From Minisyncoccota bacterium (GTDB lineage: Bacteria > Patescibacteriota > Minisyncoccia > Phycocordibacterales > UBA5272): DNA of 64,000 bases. This document shows, piece after piece, positions 28,146-37,757 of the stretch. The translations under genes were made by a program, and so were the position numbers. Below the pieces are notes generated by a model. That model was not told the DNA's origin and did not search any database. It saw only the letters and a program-made list of their open reading frames with translations. The stretch covers positions 306,661 to 370,660 of the forward strand of contig JBAZJW010000001.1 of NCBI GenBank assembly GCA_041651055.1, read 5' to 3'. Within the stretch, counting starts at the first letter, position 1. Each line of letters starts with the position of its first letter.

Positions 28146-29258
28146 TTACCAGGATAAGGTGCCACCAGTCTTATACTCAGTAACTCGTGTTTCGAAAAAG
28201 TTCTTCTCCTTATTCAAATCCACCGCTTCACTCATCCATGGGAACGGATTTGAACTACCATACACCTGATCAATTCCTACACGTGCGAGACGTCTGTCCG
28301 CGATGTGTTCGATGTACTGTTTGAAACCATCTGCATTCAAACCAAATATTCCTGTAGGGAATACGTCCACAGCGAACTTGTATTCGAGCTCTACGGCCTT
28401 CTTCACGAGATTCGTAATACGCGTCACGAATTCCGGAGTCCAGAGTTCTGGTTGCTCTTCCTTAATCGTATTAATCATATCGATACCGAAGTTCATATGA
28501 TTACTTTCATCACGCATGATGTACTGAATTTGTTCAGCGCTTCCAACCAACTTCCCTTGTCTCTGGAATCCGAAAATAACGGCGAATGATGAGTAGAAGA
28601 AAATACCTTCGAGAATAAGCGAGAACACACACATATTCTCCAAAAACTTCTGATCACTCTCAAATGTCCCCGTCTTGAAATTGTCGTCAAATATTCCCGT
28701 GTTGAAAGAAAGAATAAATTCTTCTTTGTTGTAAATAGCATCCACCTCACGATACATGTTGTAGATTTCTGTACCGTCTAACCCAAGCGACTCCACCATG
28801 TACTGATACGCATGCGTGTGCACCGCTTCTTCATACGCCTGACGAAGAAGATAGAGGCGTGCTTCTGGCGAAGTGATGTGCTTATAGAATGCGAGCACGA
28901 GATTGTTCGCCGCAATAGAGTCCGCTGTCGTAAAGAATCCGAGCACGGTCTTGAACGCATGACGCTCATCATCTGAGAGAACGGTCTGAGATCTCCACTG
29001 TTCTATGTCAGATTGCATACTGATTTCGGTTGGAAGCCAGTGATTCGCATTTCCAACATTGTACGCATCCCATGCGAACTTGTGCTTGATCGGCCACAAC
29101 TGCACCACATCTGCTCCTCCGCCGTTGATTATTTTTCTTTCATTAACATCTACACGACTAGCACCACGCTGAATGATTGGCTGGTGATTTGGATCTCCAA
29201 ATGGAGGATTTGGGACTTGAGGGTTGGCTGAATTATTTGAAGGTGTTACAGGAGGCAT
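28146..29258 (-). CDS. nrdB: Ribonucleoside-diphosphate reductase beta subunit (class I).
   Basis: It has di-iron ligand motifs EEAVHTHAY and RDESNHMNFG, and is 370 aa long. Confidence 0.9.
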   Translation of the reverse strand: MPPVTPSNNSANPQVPNPPFGDPNHQPIIQRGASRVDVNERKIINGGGADVVQLWPIKHKFAWDAYNVGNANHWLPTEISMQSDIEQWRSQTVLSDDERHAFKTVLGFFTTADSIAANNLVLAFYKHITSPEARLYLLRQAYEEAVHTHAYQYMVESLGLDGTEIYNMYREVDAIYNKEEFILSFNTGIFDDNFKTGTFESDQKFLENMCVFSLILEGIFFYSSFAVIFGFQRQGKLVGSAEQIQYIMRDESNHMNFGIDMINTIKEEQPELWTPEFVTRITNLVKKAVELEYKFAVDVFPTGIFGLNADGFKQYIEHIADRRLARVGIDQVYGSSNPFPWMSEAVDLNKEKNFFETRVTEYKTGGTLSW

Positions 29259-29293
29259 GGTGGGTAGTTATTAGTTAATAGTTTCTAGTTTTT

Positions 29294-29313
29294 AGTTAAT
29301 GCATTTAATTTCT
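29294..29313 (-). promoter_or_regulatory. Shared 20-bp A/T-rich element (tttaatttctaattgataac) 36-55 bp upstream of nrdB.
   Basis: It is identical to 25574-25593. Confidence 0.5.
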
Positions 29314-29371
29314 AATTGATAACGAATCTACCTGTATTTCTGTTGACTGTCAGCTGTAGACTGTCGACTAT

Positions 29372-32335
29372 TTATTGGCATCCATCACACGTTGCTTCTG
29401 GCATGACAGTGATGTTGTACTTGGTGTTTGTCTTTGGCATCATCGCCATTTCTGATTGCACAGCAGGTGTCACGATAGAAGCAATCGGTGACATCACAGA
29501 GACTTGTGGTTCTGCGATTACTGCTACCACTTCTGGTGTAGTAATCATTGCTTCTGATGGCATACCGACAGAAACCGAACTCACGACAGGTTGACCAGCG
29601 ATTACGACACCGGCTTGGCTTTGTTCACCAGCACCACGTGTATGTGTCGATCCGAATTCAGATGCATTCACGGTACTCTTTTCTACTTGTGATGCTCCGA
29701 GAGAACGAAGGTAGTACGTCGTCTTAAGGCCGAGTGACCATGCGTACTCATAAATATTCGCAAGTTCACGACCAGATGTTCCAGCGAAGTAAATGTTGAG
29801 TGACTGTGACTGATCCACCCACTTACCCCTGTGTGCTGCTGACTTGATAAGCCATGATGGGTCGATTTGGAATACTTCTTTGTATTTACTCTTTAGATTC
29901 GCCGGAATACTTGGAATATCTTTCACCGAGCCGTCGTTATATTTAAGAAGACCAATCATTTCGAAGTCCCAAAGTTTGAGAGCTTTTAAGTCTGCGACGA
30001 GGTATGGGTTCACGACGATGAATTCACCGTTCATGTTTGACTTCACGTAAATATTTTTGTAAATCGGTTCGATACATGGAACAGACCCAACGATATTCGA
30101 AATCGTTGCAGTAGGTGCCATAGCCATCGTATTACTATTTCGCATACCATACTGTGCGACTGATGCACGTACTGGTGTCCAGTCGAGACGAGCTTCTTTC
30201 GATACTGCAATCTCCACACCGCGTTCCTTTTCAAGGAGGTCGATTGTGTCTACTGGGAAAATACCCCTGTCCCATTTACTTCCCTTAAAGCTTGAGTAGC
30301 TTCCTCTCTCACGAGCGAGCTCCGAAGAAGAAAGAATGGCGTGGTACGAGATGAGTTCCATTGATTCATCCGCGAACTGTACCGCTTCATCAGAATCAAA
30401 ATTAATATCCATCATATAGAGTGCGTCATGGAAGCCCATGAGACCGAGTCCAATCGGGCGATGACGGAAATTACTTCGTTCTGCTTCGACAGTTGGATAG
30501 AAGTTCACATCAATAACATTATCGAGCATACGAATAGCGGTACGTGTCGTTGTCGCCACGAGGTCCACATCGAACTTTCCATTTAACATTAGACGCTGAT
30601 AATTGAGTGACCCCAAGTTACACACAGCTGTTTCGTCTTCACTATTATTCAGTGTAATTTCGGTACAGAGGTTTGAATTGTGAACAATACCTGCATGATC
30701 CTGAGGTGAACGCACATTTGAAGGATCTTTCCACGTAATCCATGGGTGCCCTGTTTCGTAGAGCATGGTCACCATTTTTCGCCAGAGTTCACGAGCCTTT
30801 ATTGTCTTAAAGATTTTTATCTTTCCTTCCTCAGCAAGCTTTTCATATTCTGCATAATGCTTCTCGAATGTTGAACCAAACGTTTCTGAAAGAAGAGGCG
30901 CTTCGCTTGGTGAAAAGAGTGTCCAATCTTCATCTGCCTGCGCACGCTTCATAAAGAGATCCGAAATCCAGAGTGCGGTATCCATATCATGGGTACGACG
31001 ACGATCGTCTCCTGTGTTCTTGCGAAGTTCGAGGAATTCTTCTACATCGTAGTGCCAGTTTTCGAGGTACGCACATGTCGCTCCACGACGACGACCAGAT
31101 CTATTGATGGCGACGGTAACGTCGTTCGCGATTTTAAGAAACGGAATGATACCGTTTGATTTGATACCAGACTTTTTCACGAGTGCACCTGACGCACGCA
31201 CTGATGTCCAGTTCGTACCGATACCTCCTGCCCACTTCGAGAGCTGTGCGTTGTCTGAGTACACCTTGAAAATACTTTCAAGAGAGTCCCCGACGGTGTT
31301 CAAGTAGCAACTCGAAAGCTGAGGATGCTTGGTGCCAGCATGAAAGAGCGTCGGTGATGAAGGTACGAAACGAAGTGTCGACATTGATTCATAAAATTCA
31401 ATAGCACGTGTCGTACGATCGAGATCCTTTTCTGCAAGCGCGACACCCATGGCGACACGCATCCAGAATCCTTGGATATTCTCGATGATTTTTCCATCAC
31501 CTTCCACATCACGCACAAGGTATCTCTCATAGAGTGTCTGAGCACCGAGATACATAAAGAGATCGTCATGTGATCTGACGAGCGCAGATGCGAGACGATT
31601 GAGGTCAAAGTTTGCCATACGTGCATCGAGAAGTCCTGTAGCTACTCCTTTCTTGATACCAGCAATGAAAGTCTCTTTATACTGTTCGTCTATCTTGGTG
31701 TAATCAAGTGTCTCACCGAGAAGGTCTTCGTTAATCTGCGCGAGAATCATACGAGCGGCGACGTATGAGTACGCAGGATCTTGTTCGATCATAGAACGCA
31801 CTGTCATGATAAGTGCCTTCGAGATTTCCTTGGTGGTCATTCCTTCATAAATCTCAAGCTTGATCTGGTTGACGATTTGCTCGACATTGATTTCCTTTTC
31901 GTACCCCTTCACAACATAGAGCACTGACGCTCGAATCTTTTCAATATCAAACTTCTGCTTTGTGCCGTTAGCTTTCGTGACATACAAACCTCCTTCCTCT
32001 ACCTTTTCGAGAACTTCCATCTTTTCTTCTTCACGAAGTTTCTGATGTTCAAAACGATAAATGATGTAATGTTTAGCGACATCAAAAAAACCAGCACTCA
32101 TCAAGTGCTTTTCGACTAAATCCTGCGTATGTTCTACTGTCGGCACGTACCCTTCACGAGTAATAGCCTCGAGCTCGAGTTCCTTCCCCACCAATTCAGT
32201 AATGTGTTTTGCAACCGCGGCTTTTTCGTCGCGAGTAACACTTATGAATGCCTTCTTGATAGCACGTTCAATTTTCTCTGATTCAAAAGGCACAATTTCA
32301 CCATTTCTTTTCTTGATAATTTGCAGAATAGCCAT
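29372..32335 (-). CDS. nrdA: Ribonucleoside-diphosphate reductase alpha subunit (class I) with an ATP-cone and a ~100-aa S/T/V/P-rich C-terminal linker ending in CDGCQ.
   Basis: It has an ATP-cone N-terminus (MAILQIIKKRNGEIVPFESEKI) and an NLCTEITL active-site region, and is 987 aa long. Confidence 0.9.
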   Translation of the reverse strand: MAILQIIKKRNGEIVPFESEKIERAIKKAFISVTRDEKAAVAKHITELVGKELELEAITREGYVPTVEHTQDLVEKHLMSAGFFDVAKHYIIYRFEHQKLREEEKMEVLEKVEEGGLYVTKANGTKQKFDIEKIRASVLYVVKGYEKEINVEQIVNQIKLEIYEGMTTKEISKALIMTVRSMIEQDPAYSYVAARMILAQINEDLLGETLDYTKIDEQYKETFIAGIKKGVATGLLDARMANFDLNRLASALVRSHDDLFMYLGAQTLYERYLVRDVEGDGKIIENIQGFWMRVAMGVALAEKDLDRTTRAIEFYESMSTLRFVPSSPTLFHAGTKHPQLSSCYLNTVGDSLESIFKVYSDNAQLSKWAGGIGTNWTSVRASGALVKKSGIKSNGIIPFLKIANDVTVAINRSGRRRGATCAYLENWHYDVEEFLELRKNTGDDRRRTHDMDTALWISDLFMKRAQADEDWTLFSPSEAPLLSETFGSTFEKHYAEYEKLAEEGKIKIFKTIKARELWRKMVTMLYETGHPWITWKDPSNVRSPQDHAGIVHNSNLCTEITLNNSEDETAVCNLGSLNYQRLMLNGKFDVDLVATTTRTAIRMLDNVIDVNFYPTVEAERSNFRHRPIGLGLMGFHDALYMMDINFDSDEAVQFADESMELISYHAILSSSELARERGSYSSFKGSKWDRGIFPVDTIDLLEKERGVEIAVSKEARLDWTPVRASVAQYGMRNSNTMAMAPTATISNIVGSVPCIEPIYKNIYVKSNMNGEFIVVNPYLVADLKALKLWDFEMIGLLKYNDGSVKDIPSIPANLKSKYKEVFQIDPSWLIKSAAHRGKWVDQSQSLNIYFAGTSGRELANIYEYAWSLGLKTTYYLRSLGASQVEKSTVNASEFGSTHTRGAGEQSQAGVVIAGQPVVSSVSVGMPSEAMITTPEVVAVIAEPQVSVMSPIASIVTPAVQSEMAMMPKTNTKYNITVMPEATCDGCQ

Positions 32336-32461
32336 ACAGCGCCGTGAAAAATTACATCTTTATTAATATATAGAGTGTACACATTCAAAGGCTAAAAGCC
32401 ATCTTTTTTGTCTTTCATTTCCATGTCAAGAGTAACTCTTGACACTCTGTTCTACATATTT

Positions 32462-33676
32462 CTACACAACCTTATTTCGCAAGGCCTTGTGGTAACCGAT
32501 AGCGAAGCGGTGAGATTCGGCATTAGCAAGAAGTATTTCCTTTTTATGGTTATCCACATGTATAGCGCTACCCAAAATGTCTTTTGGTTTATGGCGTTCA
32601 TCTTTTACTACCGATACACATGGAATAGGAAGGCCGAGATGAGCGAGTACTTTTTCGGCAGTTTGCTTGTGTGCCATTCCCCCGTCGATAACAATAAGGT
32701 CTGGGTATCGCCATTCTTTATGAGCAAACCGTCGTAGAAGTATCTGGCGTAAGCCTTCGTAGTCATCGTTTACTTTTTCTTCCAGCTTAAACTTTCTGTA
32801 GGAATCTTTTGCTTTCTCTTTTCCTTCGAGCACGACCATGACTCCGACGCGTGATGTACCAGAAATATGTGCCACATCATAGGCTTCGATACGAAAGGTT
32901 GTATCCTTAAAAGACATAATCTCTTCTTCTTGTATCAGGCTTATGTCTTTTATGTGATCGAGTGCAAAGAGCGTGTTACGCGCCTGTGCTGCCTTTTCAA
33001 ATAACTGTTTCTTGGCATAGGCTTCCATATCTTTCGTAAGGACTCGTTTAATATCTGTCTTTTTACCTTCGAAGAATTTTCGAATATTATCAATATGTCC
33101 TTTATATTCAACCTCGCTAATAGCACCTATACATACCCCCGGGCAAAGCTTTATCTGAGCGTTAAAGCAGGGCTTCGTTTGACCAAGTTCACATCTATCT
33201 CGATACGGAAACATCTTTCGAATAATCTTCATGGCCGCGCGTAATTGTGTAAGCGAAGCAAATGGTCCATATACCGCGAGGGTCTCTTTCTTGGTGAATT
33301 TCTTTTCATAATCCCTGATGCGCATACTGAGTACCCGTGGATACGGCTCTCTCGTAATGACGACACAGGTAAAACTTTTGTCATCCTTTTCCTTGGCGTT
33401 GTACATCGGGACATGCTCTTTAATGAGCTTACTTTCAAGCAGGAGCGCTTCGAGAACACTCCCTGTTTCTTGGTGAGTCACCGTGTCTGCAAGCGTCACC
33501 ATGGTCACTAGACGGAGCCCACGAGCCTTCATGAGGTCTGGGTTGAAGTAGCTGCGCACCCTATCCTTGAGCGACGTCGCTTTTCCTATATATAAGATGC
33601 TTCCTTCCTTGTCACGAAAAAAATACACCCCCGGATTATCCGGAAGTTTGAGTGTGGACAAGTCTTGCCTTTTCAT
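32462..33676 (-). CDS. uvrC: Excinuclease ABC subunit C, a short form (404 aa) lacking the C-terminal (HhH)2 domain.
   Basis: The GIY-YIG region is MKRQDLSTLKLPDNPGVYFFRDKEGSILYIGKATSLKDRVRSYF. A UVR domain and an RNase H-like endonuclease domain follow. The track ORF extends 153 aa upstream with no homology there. Confidence 0.8.
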   Translation of the reverse strand: MKRQDLSTLKLPDNPGVYFFRDKEGSILYIGKATSLKDRVRSYFNPDLMKARGLRLVTMVTLADTVTHQETGSVLEALLLESKLIKEHVPMYNAKEKDDKSFTCVVITREPYPRVLSMRIRDYEKKFTKKETLAVYGPFASLTQLRAAMKIIRKMFPYRDRCELGQTKPCFNAQIKLCPGVCIGAISEVEYKGHIDNIRKFFEGKKTDIKRVLTKDMEAYAKKQLFEKAAQARNTLFALDHIKDISLIQEEEIMSFKDTTFRIEAYDVAHISGTSRVGVMVVLEGKEKAKDSYRKFKLEEKVNDDYEGLRQILLRRFAHKEWRYPDLIVIDGGMAHKQTAEKVLAHLGLPIPCVSVVKDERHKPKDILGSAIHVDNHKKEILLANAESHRFAIGYHKALRNKVV

Positions 33677-33814
33677 TGATTGTATTGTATAATAAAAGCT
33701 CGCCTTTGTACACTGGCGTGCCCGCCTAAAGGGTAAGCATATCATTGTGTGATGAGCGAAGGGTGGTCCCTGTAAGAAGGGGCTGGAAGAAAAATAAGTT
33801 AGGAGAATTTTTTT

Positions 33815-34054
33815 ATGGGCCAAAAAGAGCTCGATGATGCCGAAGCAATCGTTCCCCACGGTTGCAGAGGATGCGAGAAAGCGGAGGCGTGCGGAAAGAC
33901 TGCGCGCCAGATGATTGGGGAAGAGCGTGCTGCAAACCGGGAGAAATATCTCCGGTGTCACAGCATACTTGAGGAACGTCGGATTGCCGAACGCCCAGCG
34001 CTTTCCGTTTGGAAAGCGCGAAAAATGTACGGCGACGCTGCCGTTCAGTTCTAG
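33815..34054 (+). CDS. Small hypothetical Cys-containing protein (79 aa) in a GC-rich island.
   Basis: An AGGAG RBS lies 9 nt before the ATG and a terminator follows. The protein is MGQKELDDAEAIVPHGCRGCEKAEACGKTARQ...RCHS. Local GC is visibly higher than in the flanking sequence. Confidence 0.5.
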   Translation: MGQKELDDAEAIVPHGCRGCEKAEACGKTARQMIGEERAANREKYLRCHSILEERRIAERPALSVWKARKMYGDAAVQF

Positions 34055-34082
34055 GATTCGAGCACAAGCTCGGCCTAGGAAC

Positions 34083-34112
34083 AAAGCCACCCCTCGGTGG
34101 CTTTTTATTTTG
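34083..34112 (+). terminator. Rho-independent terminator after the small ORF.
   Basis: The hairpin is aaagccacccctcggtggcttttt. Confidence 0.65.
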
Positions 34113-34153
34113 CATACTAAAGAATTCTTAATCACTAAAATTTACAAAACAGT

Positions 34154-34176
34154 TTACATAGGGTGGCCCTATGTAA
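34154..34176. promoter_or_regulatory. Perfect palindrome TTACATAGGG-TGG-CCCTATGTAA, copy 1. It is 3' of uvrA.
   Basis: An identical 23-mer occurs at 38382-38404. Confidence 0.5.
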
Positions 34177-34259
34177 ACTATTAATATTTCACCTTGCTAA
34201 TATGCTACCCGCACTCATCTAGGCAAGACCTAGACAAATCAAAGTTTCAAAAGAGTATT

Positions 34260-34297
34260 CCCTTTATGGACTTTTGACTTTATAGACTTTACAAACT
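34260..34297. repeat. Copy D of the dispersed ACTTT-phased element, immediately 3' of the uvrA stop.
   Basis: The sequence is ccctttatggacttttgactttatagactttacaaact. Confidence 0.6.
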
Positions 34298-34304
34298 GAT
34301 ACAC

Positions 34305-36917
34305 CTATTTTTGACGCTTGAGGACTTTCTTTAAATACTGACCGGTATAACTATTCGGATTCGATGCCACTTGCTCTGGCGTCCCTGTCGCGATTACCTT
34401 TCCTCCCCCGACACCTCCTTCGGGACCGATGTCGATCACATGATCGGCACATTTAATAATATCCAAGTTGTGTTCGATGAGAAGTACCGTATTTCCTTTA
34501 TCAACCAATTTATTCAAAATCTCAATCAACTTCACAATGTCTTCGTAGTGAAGTCCGATAGATGGTTCATCTAGGAGATAAATAGTTTTCTCTACATGAG
34601 GACGATAGAGCTCACTCGAAATCTTCACACGCTGAGCCTCCCCTCCTGAAAGTGTCGTAGCCGACTGACCGAGCTCAAGGTAGCCGAGGCCTACATCGTC
34701 GAGTGTCTTTACTCTGTCGTATACCGCAGGAATATCATAAAAGAATGTGAGTGCTTCTTCGACAGTCATACAGAGCACATCATAAATACTCTTCCCTTTC
34801 CATTTCACTTCGAGTGTTTCTTTCATGAATCTTTTTCCAAGACAGACATCGCACTCCACATACACGGTCGGTAAGAAGTGCATTTCGACAGCTATTTCAC
34901 CATTACCCTGACACACTTCACAACGTCCACCTTTCACGTTAAAAGAAAAGCGAGATGGCTTCCATCCACGAATACGAGCCTCTTCTGATTCTGCGAAGAG
35001 GTCACGAATGTGTGTCCATGCACCAGTATATGTCGCAGGGTTCGATCTCGGCGTGCGACCAATAGCTGATTGGTCGATGAGCACGACACGAGAAACATAC
35101 TCAGTTCCAGAAAACGAAGCCACATTGTAAATCTGCGCACTGCGATGACGACGTTCCAATCGTGCAAGTAAGTTCTTGTACAAAATCTCGTACATGAATG
35201 AACTCTTACCAGACCCAGACACGCCCGTGATGACACCGAGCTTGCCAAGTGGCACATTCACGTTCATATCTTTGATATTAAAAATATTCCCACCGGTCAC
35301 ACGAAGTGCTCCCTTATCTGTTTGGCGACGAACTGGAATAGGGATTTGTTTTTCCCCACGCAAGTATGCAAGTGTCACACTGCCAGACTTATTGTTCGGT
35401 GCAGTGAGTAGTTCGTCCAGATATCCAGAAACTACCACCTCGCCACCATGCACCCCCGCCTTCGGACCAATGTCCACAATAAAATCAGATGCGAAGATAG
35501 TATCTTCATCATGTTCGACGATGATAATAGTGTTTCCGATATCACGAAGATGGAGCAGTGTTTGGATGAGACGTTCGTTATCTCGCTGATGAAGTCCAAT
35601 AGTTGGCTCATCGAGCACATAGAGAGCGCCGACAAGTTTGGACCCAAGCTGGCTCGCCAGACGAATACGTTGTGCTTCCCCTCCTGAAAGCGTGTCTGCT
35701 TTTCTATTGAGTGAAAGATAATCAAGGCCGACATTCAACATGAATTGTAGTCGTGACTGTATTTCTTTAATAACAACAGAAGCAATTTCTTGTTCTTTCT
35801 TGGTGAGAGGAATACGTGCGAAGTAGCTTTCTGCATCTTTAATAGAAAGCGCCGTGATATCCACGATATTTATTTTTTCAACATCATCTAGGTACACGTG
35901 AAGCGCTTCAGGACGAAGACGCTTGCCGTGACAATCATCACATTCATCTAAGCCGCCAAAATACTTGGTGCCGAGACCATTACACGTCGGACATGCACCA
36001 TACGGTGAGTTGAACGAAAACAAACGAGGTTCAATTTCGGGAAATGAAAATCCACAAGAAGCGCACGAGAACTTATTACTCATAATGGTTTTCTCGCCGA
36101 GAATTTCCACTTCGAGAAGCCCGTTTGATTCTTGAAGCGCGCGTTCGATAGCTTCTGAGAGTCGAGTCATGGCATCTTTTTCTGATGCTTTGTTTCGCAA
36201 TTCATCAATAGCAATAGAATCCACTACGATTGAAATTTCGTGCTTCTTTGTTTTCGAAAGGACTATTTGTTCACGCAGTGACTTACGGTGTCCATCGATG
36301 ACAGCTTCGGTGTAGCCTTTACCGAGCATGTCGTAAAGCATTTGATAGTGTTCCCCTTTTCTTCCACGCACAAGTGGCGACATGATGTGAAGTTCCGCAT
36401 GAGAAAATTCAACACCCATCATCTCTGTTTTTATTTTTTTGTAATCAACAGCTTTTACCTTACCCAAAATGAAATGCATAATTTCTTCATTCGAAAGTTT
36501 TTGAATTCGTTCACCGCATTCTATACAGTATGGCTTGCCAACGCGCGCATAGAGTACACGTAAGTAGTCATAGATTTCGGTAATGGTCGCAACTGTTGAA
36601 CGAGGGTTACGACCGGCTGACTTTTGGTCGATAGAAATAGCAGGAGAAAGGCCAACGATTTCATCAACGTCCGGCTTTTGCATTTGATTCAAAAACTGAC
36701 GGGCGTATGCAGAAAGTGATTCTACGTAGCGACGCTGTCCTTCGGCGAATATCGTATCAAAAGCAAGTGATGACTTTCCACTTCCAGACAATCCCGTGAA
36801 TACGATCATCTTATGGCGTGGCATCTCAACGGTAATGTTTTTGAGATTGTGTGTACGCGCACCCCGAACAATAATGCTTTCTAAATGTGCATGATTTTCT
36901 TGTTTTTTTGAGGCCAT
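34305..36917 (-). CDS. uvrA: Excinuclease ABC subunit A
   Basis: It has two ABC ATPase modules with Zn-finger insertions. The N-terminus is [54 protein letters not shown]. Confidence 0.9.
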   Translation of the reverse strand: MASKKQENHAHLESIIVRGARTHNLKNITVEMPRHKMIVFTGLSGSGKSSLAFDTIFAEGQRRYVESLSAYARQFLNQMQKPDVDEIVGLSPAISIDQKSAGRNPRSTVATITEIYDYLRVLYARVGKPYCIECGERIQKLSNEEIMHFILGKVKAVDYKKIKTEMMGVEFSHAELHIMSPLVRGRKGEHYQMLYDMLGKGYTEAVIDGHRKSLREQIVLSKTKKHEISIVVDSIAIDELRNKASEKDAMTRLSEAIERALQESNGLLEVEILGEKTIMSNKFSCASCGFSFPEIEPRLFSFNSPYGACPTCNGLGTKYFGGLDECDDCHGKRLRPEALHVYLDDVEKINIVDITALSIKDAESYFARIPLTKKEQEIASVVIKEIQSRLQFMLNVGLDYLSLNRKADTLSGGEAQRIRLASQLGSKLVGALYVLDEPTIGLHQRDNERLIQTLLHLRDIGNTIIIVEHDEDTIFASDFIVDIGPKAGVHGGEVVVSGYLDELLTAPNNKSGSVTLAYLRGEKQIPIPVRRQTDKGALRVTGGNIFNIKDMNVNVPLGKLGVITGVSGSGKSSFMYEILYKNLLARLERRHRSAQIYNVASFSGTEYVSRVVLIDQSAIGRTPRSNPATYTGAWTHIRDLFAESEEARIRGWKPSRFSFNVKGGRCEVCQGNGEIAVEMHFLPTVYVECDVCLGKRFMKETLEVKWKGKSIYDVLCMTVEEALTFFYDIPAVYDRVKTLDDVGLGYLELGQSATTLSGGEAQRVKISSELYRPHVEKTIYLLDEPSIGLHYEDIVKLIEILNKLVDKGNTVLLIEHNLDIIKCADHVIDIGPEGGVGGGKVIATGTPEQVASNPNSYTGQYLKKVLKRQK

Positions 36918-37040
36918 AGGGATAGATGTTAGATGCTAGATTTTAGACTTTAGGTTCTCCCAAAATACAAACACGTCGGTCAAGGTAATTTTCGGATTAT
37001 ACCATATTTGACAATATTTTTCAAAAGATGCAGAATAATT

Positions 37041-37448
37041 ATGGACAAAAAACCAACTGAAAAGGAAATGACTATGACAAATTATTCCCGCGACCCCCTC
37101 ATAGACGAATGGATGATATTCCTGGTCTATGACGTTCTCATGACCATTTGTGTCATTGGGCAGCACGTGGTGGCATACAACTATTTCGGAGTAATCATGA
37201 TGCCCATCATGATTCTCGGTTATTTGGTGGTTCTCTATAACGACGGTAACTACTTGAAGGAACTACGCAGGTCGAGTTTTAGGGACGGCTCTGCTTTTGT
37301 TCTTGCGGGCTGGGCACTGTGCGTGAGCTTTATGTGGGTGTGGGGATTATGCATCATCTGCTTTGTCCTCCCCTATCGTGCATGGAAGAAAGTTAAGAAA
37401 TGGGTACACGATTCGAAAGAAGACGTCGACCACATGCTCGGTCTTTGA
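37041..37448 (+). CDS. Hypothetical small multi-pass membrane protein.
   Basis: It has three to four hydrophobic segments, and a terminator follows at 37471-37497. The track ORF starts with TTG at 37008, but the ATG at 37041 is preferred. Confidence 0.5.
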   Translation: MDKKPTEKEMTMTNYSRDPLIDEWMIFLVYDVLMTICVIGQHVVAYNYFGVIMMPIMILGYLVVLYNDGNYLKELRRSSFRDGSAFVLAGWALCVSFMWVWGLCIICFVLPYRAWKKVKKWVHDSKEDVDHMLGL

Positions 37449-37470
37449 AACTACCCCTTCGGAAACCTTC

Positions 37471-37497
37471 AAGGCCCTCACATGAGGGTCTTTTTTA
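37471..37497 (+). terminator. Rho-independent terminator after the membrane protein gene.
   Basis: The hairpin is aaggccctcacatgagggtctttttt. Confidence 0.55.
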
Positions 37498-37499
37498 AT

Positions 37500-37720
37500 C
37501 TCTCTTAGGGTCAATTCCCCGCAGCTTGCTGCGGTATCCGTGTCATCCTCGCGAAGGCGGGCGAATCAGCAGATTCGGATCTTGGATCACGCCAGTGTCT
37601 AGGACCTGGATTCCGGATCAAGTCCGGAATGACACCTGATACCTCGTCAGCTTGCTGCGAGGTGTTTCATTGCAAGAAACACAAAGAGCGGCCACGAAGT
37701 GGCCGCTCTTTGTGTTTTGT
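37500..37720 (+). ncRNA. Candidate structured small RNA of about 220 nt, class unknown. It lies between two terminators.
   Basis: The region is GC-rich and has a chain of perfect hairpins. These are ccgcagc-ttg-ctgcgg, attccgga-tcaag-tccggaat, cctcg...cgagg and gtgtttc-attgcaa-gaaacac. The 12-mer cagcttgctgcg occurs twice. It ends in the terminator acaaagagcggccac-gaa-gtggccgctctttgtgttttgt. There is no ORF. Confidence 0.35.
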
Positions 37721-37723
37721 ATC

Positions 37724-37753
37724 CCCTTTTGACTTTAAGGACTTTATAGACTA
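37724..37753. repeat. Copy E of the dispersed ACTTT-phased element, immediately 3' of the stop of gene 37758..38291.
   Basis: The sequence is cccttttgactttaaggactttatagacta. Confidence 0.6.
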
Positions 37754-37757
37754 CCCC

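Noticed and set aside
32336-32461. NrdR-box reading of tgtacactctatatattaat and the gtcaagagt-a-actcttgac palindrome upstream of nrdA.
   Set aside because: Only a half-site resembles the ACACWATATATWGTGT consensus and there is no second box at the expected spacing. The evidence is too weak to call.
33677-34135. The 153-aa N-terminal extension of the uvrC ORF given by the track.
   Set aside because: Homology of the GIY-YIG N-terminus begins at MKRQDLSTLKLPDNPGVYFF (33676). The extension would overlap the divergent small gene and its RBS region.
37500-37720. Assignment of the candidate ncRNA to RNase P RNA, tmRNA or SRP RNA.
   Set aside because: Conserved cores (P4 GGAAAGTCCGGGC / ACAGAACCCGGCTTA, the tmRNA TTCGA tRNA-like end, SRP AGCAGCC...GGCAG) were checked by eye and are absent. 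Its class is left open.
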